A stretch of DNA of 64,000 bases from Mantamonas sphyraenae STR306. Lineage: Eukaryota > Protista > CRuMs. The notes below the pieces were generated by a model. That model was given only the letters and a program-made list of their open reading frames with translations, had not been told where the DNA came from and did not search any database. This document shows positions 47,012 to 58,312 of this stretch, in pieces; within the stretch, counting starts at the first letter, position 1; every line of letters starts with the position of its first letter. The stretch is from positions 186,001 to 250,000 of the forward strand of contig JAPMXV010000035.1 of the NCBI GenBank assembly GCA_026936335.1, in the 5' to 3' direction. Made by a program: the position numbers and the translations under genes.

Positions 47012-48910
47012 ATGTCGACCAAACGATCACGGGCCGAGCGTGAACGAGAGCAAGAGGAGGATGCGGGCGAGGCGGGCGACGAAAGTCCGCAGCTTCATGA
47101 CAGCAAGCGGAGCAGAACAAGCGTGGGGGCGCCGAAGGACTGGCTTCTGTGCCCTCTGCTGGGCAATCCTGTGGAAGGGCTTCCATTGGTGGCGTGCAAA
47201 ACACCGCTGGACGAGCGGTTCGATGTAGGGGAGCAGTATGTCGTGCGTGTAGGCAGTGTGGTGGAATTTGTGCGGCAGTTTGGTGGACAAGAGGTGGGGT
47301 TGTGGGTGAATCTTGCGTCCGAAGGCGCATACTACGACAAGGACGAGGTTTTGGACGCAGGAATGGAGTATGCACAGATTGGAAGTGGAGAGGGATGTGA
47401 CGAGGCAATTCCGAGCCGAGAAGAAGTGCGCTCATTCATGCGAGTGGCGCACAAGTTTGTGCAGAAGAAAGCCAAGGGGAAGGTGGCTATGGTGCATTGC
47501 ACACACGGGTTCAACCGGACGGGCTTCATGTTTGTGGCGTATCTGGTGGAAATGATGGACTTTGGGGTGGAGGATGCGATCAGTGCGTTTGCAGAGGCGC
47601 GGTCGCCGGGAGTGTTTGACAAGGCGTTTCTGCAAGCGCTGTGCGACAGGTACCAGGGCGATATGGAGGATGTTCGTGTGCCTCAATCGCCTCCCGCGTG
47701 GGTGGGAAGCAACGAACACGGACGGAGCACGCCGATTGCAGCGTCATTGGAGGAATTGGAACAGCAACGAGTGGCGGAGGCAACGGCAGAGCGTGGCACA
47801 CAGCTTCTGGGACACAGCAACGAGCAAAGTGTGCATGTACATGCAAACGGACGTCTTTTGGTTCCCCCCGGATGCGAGTGGGTGGAACCCGGGAGCAAGG
47901 TGCATGGTGAGGTATTAGCCCACCTGGGCACGCTCGTAGGCAACGCCAACAAAGTTGGTGGACAGAGCGAGAGAAGCAACAGCAGCAATGAGGACGAAAA
48001 TGGGTCGAGCTTGTTTGCAGAGGGCCACCTGATGACGGAGGAGGAGTGTGAGCGTGTTCAGAGCGAAGACGAGGTGGGCAAACACCTGGTGACTTGGGCA
48101 GCAGATGGTACGCGATACCTGATGTTGATTGCAGGGGGTGCTGTATTTCTGGTCGGGGACTTGGATGTGGTGCTTCGTGTGCACGGTCTGCCGTTCCCGC
48201 AGAGGAAGAGGCCGGCGGCGCTGGTGGACAACACAGTTGTGCAAGGGATGATGGTGATGGACTGGGACAAGTCTCAGGGCAAACACGTGCATCGCTTCTT
48301 GATGCAGGACCTGGTGTGCTTCAACAGCCATGCGATGTCGAAAGAGGGGCTTGCGGTTCGCCTCCAGTGCATGAAGGTGGAGCTCATCAATGTGCGGAAA
48401 GAGCTGGCTCACAAAGAATTACTGGACATGAGCAAGGCGCCGTTTAGTGTGCGCATCATGCACTACATGAAGCTGAGGGAGGTGGGCAAACTAGCGCAGC
48501 TGCTACCGTCGCTCCCGCACAGTCACGACGGACTGATGGTGGTGGACACGCGTGCGGCGTGGCACAGTGGTCGCAACAAGGCAATTCTTGTGTGGCGTGA
48601 GGCTCAGCGTACGACAGTACATTTCTTGGTGAAGTTGGACGGCGTGGACGACGAGCAGCGCGTTGTGCTCAAACTGTACCTGCGCACAAGTGGAGAGGTG
48701 GGTGCACAGCTGCATCATCATCACACTATGGCTGTGGGCTTGGATGTGATCGCCCAACATGACAACCTGGACGGACGTGTCGTTGCGTTCAACAGGACGG
48801 ATGCCGGAGGATGGAGCATCGTGCGAGTGCTGGAAGGTGTCACGGCAGTGGCGCACACAATTGAAGAGGCGGAGCGAGATGGATGTGAGTTTGCGTTGGT
48901 TGAGGCGTGA
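47012..48910 (+). CDS. RNGTT-type mRNA capping enzyme homolog: intact Cys triphosphatase plus degenerate guanylyltransferase
   Basis: WLLCP..KTPL and VHCTHGFNRTG; GTase region VTWAADGTRYLMLI, APFSVR, LPHSHDGL. Confidence 0.88.
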   Translation: MSTKRSRAEREREQEEDAGEAGDESPQLHDSKRSRTSVGAPKDWLLCPLLGNPVEGLPLVACKTPLDERFDVGEQYVVRVGSVVEFVRQFGGQEVGLWVNLASEGAYYDKDEVLDAGMEYAQIGSGEGCDEAIPSREEVRSFMRVAHKFVQKKAKGKVAMVHCTHGFNRTGFMFVAYLVEMMDFGVEDAISAFAEARSPGVFDKAFLQALCDRYQGDMEDVRVPQSPPAWVGSNEHGRSTPIAASLEELEQQRVAEATAERGTQLLGHSNEQSVHVHANGRLLVPPGCEWVEPGSKVHGEVLAHLGTLVGNANKVGGQSERSNSSNEDENGSSLFAEGHLMTEEECERVQSEDEVGKHLVTWAADGTRYLMLIAGGAVFLVGDLDVVLRVHGLPFPQRKRPAALVDNTVVQGMMVMDWDKSQGKHVHRFLMQDLVCFNSHAMSKEGLAVRLQCMKVELINVRKELAHKELLDMSKAPFSVRIMHYMKLREVGKLAQLLPSLPHSHDGLMVVDTRAAWHSGRNKAILVWREAQRTTVHFLVKLDGVDDEQRVVLKLYLRTSGEVGAQLHHHHTMAVGLDVIAQHDNLDGRVVAFNRTDAGGWSIVRVLEGVTAVAHTIEEAERDGCEFALVEA

Positions 48911-48947
48911 ATGATTGCGCTGCGCAATTGGATGCAACTTGGCAAAA

Positions 48948-51542
48948 ATGGACAACGCATTCCTCGACTCGCTCAATTCCCGGCAGTTGCGAAAGGAGCT
49001 GGAAGACCGTGGGTTGGACACGTACGGATCGAAGAAGATTCTGCGGAAGCGTCTGGCACAATACCAGAACTCGTCGCTTGCTCGGGAGGACGTAGTGAGC
49101 TGGAATCGCAGCAACAGCAACAGCAACAGCAACAAGGGCCAATCGGAGTCCAAGTCCATTTCGCTTAGCGAGAGCCAGCGACTGGCCGACAAGCGGGTGA
49201 TGGATGAGCTGTTTGATGAGAACACCGGTCGCTGGCTGAAGGACGAAGAAACCGAAGACGAACTCAGACGGGCGATGTTGACGTCGCACTACAACCAGTT
49301 CAACAACAAGAAATTGCGCAAGGCAATCACGCATTTCGGTAAGTGCGCATGGAAGGCGGAAATGATGTGGTGTGTGTGGGTGTGTGTGTGACAAACGTGG
49401 AGCGTGCGGATGGGTTGTTTCGTGGAAAACCCCAGACACCTGGCGGAGCCGCCGAACGCGTTGTTGAAACCCGCGGGCAAGGGACGCTTTGAGCCATAAT
49501 CTGTTGGATGTCCAGAGTGCAAATCGTGTTTTTTATGAAGTGGAGGCGCGTGAGAGCGGGAGGGAAATGCTCGAGTTTCGGTGTGGAAGAACGTTTTCTG
49601 GTGTTTGAGGATGAATTCTGGGTAAGATTCACTGACACGTCGGTGGCAACCCAAACTCAGGCAAATCGAACAAGGAGTTTCCAGCACGGGAGGACAGGAT
49701 CTCGTTTCTGGTGAACCAGAGCATGGGTGAGAACGAAGCCCAGATACCGTACGAGATGGAGTACCGGGACTACCTGAGTCTGCCGAGTGGCAGCGGGGCA
49801 AGCAAACGCACCTCGGAATGGGCAGGACAATCGAGCACTAGCACGAGCACGACGCATGGAAAGACCACAGAGTACGATGAGTACGGCTTCCCCGTAGAGG
49901 TCCAACCGCATGACGACATGATGGCGTCCAATTACTGGCAGTTTGTCAGCGAGGAAGACGACAACGATGACAACGATGGCGCGGATGATGATGATGATCA
50001 TGACGATGACGATGATGATGATGGTGGTGATGGCGGTGACGGTGAGGGCAGCTACGACTTTTTCGACCCGAAGAACCATGACAAGACGTCTTCGACACAA
50101 CGGGCGGAGGAGGAGGCTCTGATGGACGCAACGTACAAGTCATGGAGGGAAGACGCAGAGGGTGGAGGCGAAGCAGGCGCACTGAGCGACAGCCAGAACC
50201 GTCTGCTGGAAGAGCAGTCGGTGTTGATGTCGCAAACAGGCTTGCAGGTGGACGAGGACGGATGGCCGATCATTGAGCTGGTGGCTGAGGAAAAGAGCGA
50301 GGATGCATTCCCGACACTGAGCGACAGCGTGAGCCAAACCCAATTGGTGGAGGTGGATCCCATTCTGCGCAAGCGGTCTGCAAAGCGAGCACGTGAGGAG
50401 GCAAAGCGAGGTAAGAACTGGGCAGCTTCAGTGCCTTGCAATCGCTGAAAACCGAGCAAAGCCAAGAGTCGATGGAGAGCATGAGCAACAGCACAAGCAC
50501 AAGCACTGAAGCCACGAGCAGGGCTTCCTCGAAGCTTGTGGAGGGTGTGCGTGTGGGCGCCGATAGCTGGAGACACCGCGAGGTGCAGCCACTGCCCAAA
50601 CCGCGCGTGCAGGCGTGGGGACCCAAGCGACGCGGCCAGTTGACGCAAGATGACCGCCAGGATTCGATTGAGGCCCCGTTCGACGAGCGCATCGAGAACA
50701 TGGACTTTCAGACACCGCTGGAACAGTTTGTGAGCCGATTCCGCGAGTTGTACAAAGAGAGCGGGGAAGCGGATGGGCAAGAGAGCACAAAGGAAGAATC
50801 ACAGACACAGACACAGACAGAGGCTGATGCAGAGGCTAAGGACCACGAGGAGGCAGAGACAATGCAGCGCAATGGCGAACAGAAGGAGGCTGTTATCGCA
50901 CGGCTGTACGACATGACGAGGTACCTGCGCGAGCGCTGCGACGGCATCATGAAGTCTCGTATCAAGTGGCGCGACAGGTATCAAGCAAAGGAGGCGCAGT
51001 ATCAGGATTTGATCAAGGCACAGAAGGAACTGCGCGCATCGAACGAACTCCTGCAGCGAGAGGTGCACCAGTCGCGCGTGCAGGCGTTGGAACTGCAACG
51101 CGAGCTGAGTCCGCTGCGAGACGAGCTGCAGAGTGTAAAGAGCAAGCTGCTGGTGGTGATGGCTGAGCGGGAAACGATGGAGGCTGAGCTGGCTGAGATG
51201 AAGTCCAAGTGGGAGCTTGTGGGCGGCGAGGAGCTGGAAAGCAAGAACCTGGCGGAATTGGAAGCCGCAGAAGCATTCTTGGACAAACGTGTTCGCAAGG
51301 TGCGCCAGTGCATGATTGTGGCCATCGAAAAGGAAAAGGAGGCGCTGCTGCAAAAGATGGAGGAGGAGCGGGACGAGCTGATGGAAAAGATGATGTGCAA
51401 GGTGTGCATGGATGCGCCCATGTCTGTAGTGCTGCTTCCGTGTGGCCACGTATGCGTGTGTACAACTTGCGCTCCCAAGCTCGAGGATTGTCCCATCTGC
51501 CGCAGCAAGATTGTGCAGATCAAGCCGGCGTTTTTGAGTTGA
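48948..51542 (+). CDS. SAP-domain, acidic, coiled-coil protein with C-terminal BIRC/RNF34-type RING (putative E3 ligase)
   Basis: LNSRQLRKELEDRGLDTYGSKKILRKRL (SAP); intron 49339-49660; frame break near 50415; CKVCMD..LLPCGHVCVCTTC..CPICR. Confidence 0.75.
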
Positions 51543-51678
51543 TTGCTGATGACAGCCGGTGGGTTGGCGGTTGGGGACAAGGGAAACAGGGAGACAGGGC
51601 AAGAGGACACAAATGCACAACGCATTGAGACCGGTTGCGTTGGTGTCCAGCGCACCCGCCGCCACCGCAACCCCGACA

Positions 51679-53100
51679 ATGTACAGCAAAGGCAACAACC
51701 GCGAGAAATCGTCGTTTGGAGTCATGAAAGTTTGTGCTCTGGTGGTTTTTGCGTTGGGAGTGGCCTGGGTGGCCTATGCAGGCGCCAGGCTAGTTGCGTG
51801 CGACGATTCACATCACAGCAAGGTCGAACCGGCGAAGGACAAGACGCACCACACGCACACTTCAGCGAAAGAGCAGCAAAACACAAAAGAAAGCACACAG
51901 AAAAACACAGAAGAAACCAGGGTGTCGGACAAGGAGTGTCCCACCTCCGAGACAAAGCCGGTGCTGGGCTCGGAAACCATTGGCGCCAGGACGCGGCCAA
52001 AGATCGTGGTTGTAGCCTTTGCTTCCCCGGCCAGCTATGCAGAAAAGTTCAGCGCCAACATGCGCTCGTGGCACTGCTACTGCGTGCGCCACGGGTACGA
52101 GTTTATCGTGGAACTGGAGGTGATCGACGGGTCGCCAGCCATCTATTGGAACACGCCGCGGGTGAATAAGAAATACCTGCCGCACGCCGACTTCTTGGTG
52201 TCGGTGGGGTTGGATTCTGTGGTTTACAACCACTCGATCCCGCTGGAGAGGTGGATTATGAATCCGTTGTACGAGGGCAAGTCTGTTTGGGTGCCCGACA
52301 CCATTGGAGGTTTCAACACGGGGTTGATTATCTACAGGGGCCGCGGCGACCCGTTTGTCACCGCTTTCTACAACTGCATGGACTGGATGCGTGACGAGGT
52401 TGCCAGCAGCGGCGTGGGGGTTGTTTCGACAGACAACGGCGCGTTCATCACGTGTCTGCCGGCCATGACGGACACCAAGTTTCGCGAAAAGTTCGGCTTT
52501 GTCAGCGACGAGGGCAAGGACGATCCCAAGCGCAACGGGGTGTACAACGGCGAATGCGCAGCCCAGGGCGTACGAAACGAGGTGTGGCCTCTGATCAACT
52601 GCATTGCACACTCGTTGACCAAGCTGGGATTTCCCTACCCGCGCACAGACTATTTCCACATTGCCAAGCGTCGCTGGTTCATGTTCCCCAAAGAGCACGT
52701 CAGCACACACCCTCAGATCGCATTTGTGGGCTCTGACATGATGGGATTCCAGTACGAGACACAGCACCAAGAAAACCAGGCGGGCTTGTACTTCAACCCG
52801 GGTGGCCTGATGCTGCACACGAAGCAAGGACCCACTCTGATTGGCCCCACGCGTGGGCTGGCAGACTGTTCGTACCAGGACAACCCCAGCGAAAGTCTGG
52901 AGGAGGTGAATCCGGTGCTGAGCAAGGAGTACACAGCGCCGTTTCCGTTTGAAATGTTTGGTGGCAACGACAAGTGGCCCTACCCCAAGTACGAGTTCCC
53001 TGAGGGATTTCCCGACAAACTCCTGGAAGATGAGTCCTGGACCTTGCGTGGAGCTCCCGGGTGGGATGCACCGTGGGAGCGGGCAAAGAAGAAGAATTGA
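51679..53100 (+). CDS. Type II membrane glycosyltransferase, GT34/DUF273-like (GT-A fold)
   Basis: TM ALVVFALGVAWVAYAG; YCVRHGYEF, FLVSVGLDSVVYN..IPLE, FNTG, STDNGA. Confidence 0.7.
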   Translation: MYSKGNNREKSSFGVMKVCALVVFALGVAWVAYAGARLVACDDSHHSKVEPAKDKTHHTHTSAKEQQNTKESTQKNTEETRVSDKECPTSETKPVLGSETIGARTRPKIVVVAFASPASYAEKFSANMRSWHCYCVRHGYEFIVELEVIDGSPAIYWNTPRVNKKYLPHADFLVSVGLDSVVYNHSIPLERWIMNPLYEGKSVWVPDTIGGFNTGLIIYRGRGDPFVTAFYNCMDWMRDEVASSGVGVVSTDNGAFITCLPAMTDTKFREKFGFVSDEGKDDPKRNGVYNGECAAQGVRNEVWPLINCIAHSLTKLGFPYPRTDYFHIAKRRWFMFPKEHVSTHPQIAFVGSDMMGFQYETQHQENQAGLYFNPGGLMLHTKQGPTLIGPTRGLADCSYQDNPSESLEEVNPVLSKEYTAPFPFEMFGGNDKWPYPKYEFPEGFPDKLLEDESWTLRGAPGWDAPWERAKKKN

Positions 53101-53143
53101 GGCGCTGTCGTCACCACCGCATCTCTTTTTGCACGTCGACACA

Positions 53144-54531
53144 ATGAAGCTCGAAGGACTGACCGCACTCGTTACTGGTGGTGCTGGCCTGATTGGGTCG
53201 CACCTTGTGGACGCCCTGATTGACGAGAAGGGCTGCAAGGTAGTCATCGTTGACGCTCTGGACAAAGACACGCACCCGAACGGCGTGCCGGAATGGATTC
53301 ACCCCGAGGCCAAGTTCATCCAGGGAAAGGTGCAAGACCCAGAGCTGATGCTGGAGGCGCTGCAGGGTGTGGATATCGTCTTCCACCTGGCCGCTGTTGG
53401 TACGTTGCCCCGATCGAGGACCAAAGGATACGCGGCTAGAGGAGGACGCACAGGACACACAGAGATACCAGCACGGATGGTGCAAAGAAGAGAGGGAACC
53501 AATCTGCAGGTCATACTGCAGCTTGTTTGCTGCCCTTGACGTGCTCATCCCTTGCCAAGAGAGCGTGCGTGGCGCTGGGCAGAAAATCTCTGACACCGCT
53601 TTCTTCCACAGGTGGCTTCTGTGCCGAGTTTGGCAACTACATGGAGAGCAACGGAGTGGGCACGGCTGTGATCTTTGATCTGATCAAGGATCACGAGCTT
53701 CCAATCAAGAAGATTGTGTCTGCGAGCTCTCAGGCTGTGTACGGTGAAGGAAGCTACGTGTCCAAGACGGGCAAGGTGTACCACATGGACAACATGCGTC
53801 CGGCGCGTCGCTTCGAGCAGCAAAAGTGGGAGTGGGAGGACCCGGAGAACCCCGAGGAGGACCTCCTGTCGTACCCTGTGCCGGAGAACAAAAACATCAG
53901 CTGCGAGTCGGGCTACGCGGTTTCCAAGTACTCGTGCGAACGTCTGACGATCGGTCTGGGTCGCCAGCTGGGCGTACCCAGCGTGGCTTTGCGCTATGCA
54001 GTGACGTACGGACCTCGACAGAGTCTGTACAACCCGTACACGGGACTGGTGTCCATTTTCAGCACGCGACTCCTGAACGGAATGCGCCCCGTGGTGTACG
54101 AGGACGGTGAGCAGACGCGCGACTTTATCTACGTGAAGGACAACGTAAACGCAAACATCTGCGCCATGGAGAGCGACGAGGCGTGCTGGAGGGCGTACAA
54201 CGTGAGCACGGGTAGGCAGACCACGGTGAACACCATGGCCACCACTCTGGCCAAGCTGTATGACTTGGAACACCTGCAGCCCGAGTACCGCGGCGACTAC
54301 CGCCCGTGGGATGTGCGCCATCTGACCCTGGACCCGTCTGCACTCAACGCACTGGGCTGGGAGGCAAAGACGACGGTTGAGGAAGGCCTTGCCGAGTACG
54401 TCAAGTGGATCAAGACCCAGGGCGAAGTTGGCGAGTACTTCACAAAGGCTGAGCAGGCCTTGAAGAAGAGCAACATTGTCAAGAGTGCCAAGGTGGAGGA
54501 CGAGGGTGAGGAGGTCACCGTGGAAGAATGA
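53144..54531 (+). CDS. NAD-dependent NDP-sugar epimerase, bacterial WbiB (dTDP-L-rhamnose 4-epimerase)-like, 2 exons
   Basis: LVTGGAGLIGSH, ASSQAVYGEG, YAVSK, YGPRQSLYNPYTG, YEDGEQTRDF. Intron 53400-53611 (GTACGT...CTGAC...ACAG). Confidence 0.88.
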
Positions 54532-54567
54532 ACGGTCATCAATGTGTGCCCGAACGGCAACAACAGA

Positions 54568-57500
54568 ATGGCAAAGACCACGTACCTAGCATTGGCAATT
54601 GGGCTTGTGGCGGTCAACATCGTCGTGTTCAGCTTTGTTGTGAGGCGTCAGGGATCTCCAATGACACGCGGAACGGGGGTGAGGTGGTGCACGATTGCGA
54701 GGAGCACGTGTGCACGCCGGAGGATTGCAATCGTGCGGATGTGCAACAGTTGGTGTGCCCCAGGGTGGACACGAATTCCATGGTTACGTGGCCATGCAAC
54801 GGTCCATGGCGAGACCCAACAAAGGTTTTCGCTGCAGAGGGAGACGGCGAGACAAACACCACACAGGCGGGTGCACAGGTGCCGCTGAACACCGCTGAAC
54901 CGGGCCTGTATCTTCACACGCTTCCTGTGCAATTGGCCTATGCCCAGTGGCGAGAGATGGGCTTTCCGGTGCAGTGCACCCTCGACCTTGCAGAGAAAGA
55001 TCCTGGCAAGGCTGCACAGCGCGACGGGTTCTGGTCGACGTACTGTGACAAGTTTCCCCTGATGAAAGCAAACCGAGAGCTGTGTGGAGACAGTTTGCTT
55101 GCTGACTCTACGCTGGGGCGTCTGCTGTCCACCAAGCGACTTTTCTTGCCGCGCTTGACGAAGGCTGCGCTGGCCTACACACGCTCGTGCGGGTTCCTGA
55201 CCTGGGACGCTCATGCAAGGTACGCAGCTGGACGTATCCCACCCACAGGTTCACTAGACACATTGTCGACTCATCTCCCGTAAGTTTGGTGACCAGAAAG
55301 AGCTGGTGCGCAGAGCTGCAAGGGCAGTGGTGACTCACCTCTCCCAAACCCCGATCACCCAGCTCGTGCGCTGGCTTCAACCAGGGCGATGTGAAGGTGG
55401 ACGAGTACGAGTACAGCGTCGTGCTGGTACCAGACATTTCCGGCCCGTTGACATCCCGCGTGGATGTGATCACTCGTGTGGCGTGGCTGGTTCGTCAAGT
55501 GCGGAAATGGAATGTGGAGGAAGACGTCACGATCGTGGTACCGGCACACATGAAGGCTGGATTCGCGTGGGACGAGATGTGTCTGGGCAAAGTGGAAATC
55601 AAGTGGATCGGCGACGACTCGTTGCTGCATGCAGACGTGATCCTACCGCTGGTCAGCGACGCTGTGTCTGTGGAGGGCTACCAGCCACGGCAGGCTCTGG
55701 AGGCTGTTCGCGATCTGTTCCAGGAGTGCAAGCCGGAAAAGAAACACCCTCTGCCTGATGAGACTGCTGGGAACCTGATTGTCATCGACAACGCCGTTCC
55801 TGCGTGCGAACTGGACGAGAGCGCCGGCATGTCTGTGTACAACCACCAGGAGTTGGCCAAATACCTTCTGGAGCACGTACATGGCGGAAAATTCAAACAA
55901 CACCACGGCCGTGTGATTTCCCTGACCATGTCCCTGCTGAGCCCGGAGGTTCGACGCGCCTTGTTTGAGCACGCCGCCGCCATCATCAGTACGTGGGAGA
56001 GTTGTTCGCAAGCCTTTGTTTCCACACCTCACTCACACCCGTGAACACGCGTCACACACGCACACACAGCTGGAAACCCGGAAACTGTGCTTGGGGCTGT
56101 GCATGCACACAAAGAATTGTTGGTGGTTGGGCTCATTGCCAGCGACGTGCCCCACCTGAACATGGGCCACGTAGCATCTGGACTGCGAGCTCGCGTGGTG
56201 CTTGTGGACGTGGGTGGCGACCAGCAACTGGCAGCCAACTGGAAGCTGGATGAGGCCGTGCTGAAGGAGATGGCCAAGCGCGTGTCCACCGAGATGACGC
56301 ACACGGTGGCATCGTGGGTGTCTGCCGATGCTTCCTGGTACACCTCCAAGCTTGATATTGCTCCAGACATGGAGGTGGGCAGCGGAGTGGACAAGCTTAG
56401 GAGCTGTTCGCGGTACGAAGTTTGGACTCAGGAAATCCAAGAGGCGGTGCCCATTGAGGGACCCCACGCAGAGAACTTCCGCTGCATTCCTCGCAAGGTG
56501 CAACCGCCACTTTGGACATACAGTGTGGACGAGCACAACTGGAGGGATAAGTACGTGGACCTGGGTGACCGTCCCGAGTCGCAGTTGAACTTTGAAACAT
56601 TCTCCAAACTGCCCAATTACGACGTGTACTGCGCGCAAAATCTGGCCGAGCTGCCTCGACCAGACCCCAAGTTTGTCGGTCCAGTGGGCATGGAAGTGGT
56701 ATGTCAGCACAGGTTCCTGAACGTGCAGAGCGAGTTTTGCAAGGATTACCCGCCGCCCCCCGAGATCGAGGTGGAAGTGGAAAAGATGATCAACGGCAAC
56801 ATGGTCAAGGTCAAGGAGAAGCGACCTGCGCCGACGCCCGAGAGCAAGCCTGCACGTCTCAACCGGCCGCCGTGGGCACCGAAGCAGATCTGGGCCCCGA
56901 TCATTTGGAACGGCTACGCAGCCGACGACAACCAGAACCACGTGTACAACATCTGGAACAAGGACCACGCGTTCCAAGTCATGTCCCAGTTCACCTCGAT
57001 GGAAAATTTCCATCAGTTTGGGGCCAACGGAAGGCTTGGCCTTGTTCAAATCATGTGCCCTCGTGCGGCACTCGGCCACTTGCCACGGGTGCGCTACTTC
57101 AAGAAGCTGCTGGTGACCCCCGAGCAGTGGCCTCGACAATACTTCCACTTTACGGTGGAGATGCTCAACCGCATTGTGTGGATGTCCGACGCCCTGCAGT
57201 CGGATCCAGACCTGTACGTGCTGCTCCCCAAGTACGAGCAGCAGTTTACGGTAAGTTGCCCGTTTGACCCAGCCAGCACCACATTTTCCACACACACTCA
57301 CACTCACTCACACACACGTGCGTGCGTGCATCCGCAGCCACTGGAGCAGTTCTGCATCCCTCCGGAAAAGGTGGTGTGGTCGGAACGCTCGCAGGTCTAC
57401 CAGGCCCAGCAGCTGATCCCCATTGTGTGGAATCCCTTCCACCTGCAAGAGCACTCGGCCATGGAGTCACTGAAGCGGATACGCGGCAATTTCGAGCGCT

Positions 57501-58134
57501 GCGGTCCCAAGATGGAGGGCTTGCTGGACGCAGAGGGCAACCAACGTCCTTGGGCAGGCAACCTCATCGTGCTAAACCACCATCGTAGCCGCTGCACCCC
57601 GTACGACAACCGCGGCCGCAACTTCCCCAACGATCTTGCCATTCTCCAGGGTGTAATGCAGGCAGTCAAGGCCAAGTATCCGGATGCGGTCAAGTCCATG
57701 CGCTTCCTTTCCATCAGCACTGGAGCCATGAGTCCGAGCACCAACGCATGGTTTTCGAGCATGCCTCCGTCGTCATTGGTGCTCAGGGCAGCTATCTGAC
57801 CAACGCCCTGTTTGGCTCCAAGATGCTGTCTCATGTAGTTCTGTGGACAAGTGACAACCCTGTCCTGGGATGGTGGAACCTGGCCTCGTCCATGAATCAG
57901 GGCATCAGCTTCATCACCTTGCCCAACACAATGTCGCAGAATCATGACTATACCCTGGACGAGACCTTGATCAAGGCTGTGTGTGACGCCGTTGTCGGCG
58001 CGCTCGACGACCAGGGAGGCCCCAAGATCGCCGACTGGGCTCAAGAGACTCCCGACTGGTATCGCCAAATGATGAAATATGAGCCAGAAGCCGAGGTGTC
58101 GACCACCAACGTCCATGAGCGGCCATGTCAATGA
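54568..58134 (+). CDS. Type II membrane protein with two GT61/DUF563-like domains (first degenerate); introns and frame breaks
   Basis: TM YLALAIGLVAVNIVVFSFVV; YFHFTVEMLNRI and QRMVFEHASVVIGAQGSYLTNALF; first repeat RRALFEHAAAII. Introns ~55220-55384, 55989-56069, 57251-57337; shifts near 54650, 55140 and 57735. Confidence 0.72.
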
Positions 58135-58312
58135 AGGGAAGGAAGCTGCGATGGGGTTCCATCTGCAACAGATGCACACCCCACCCGCAAACCAGCCGCA
58201 CACCGCATTTCAGTGTCAGCATTGCACTCAACTTTGTCGTTCCCCAAACACGCGACCATTGTCAGCGACGGATGCGCTCGACCGACAAGAAAAACGTCAA
58301 AACGCGACAGCC

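Noticed and set aside
321-48910. Functional cluster of RNA-processing genes (Lsm10, PNO1, RRP42, Ars2, capping enzyme)
   Set aside because: Dispersed over 48 kb among unrelated genes; compatible with chance in a compact genome.
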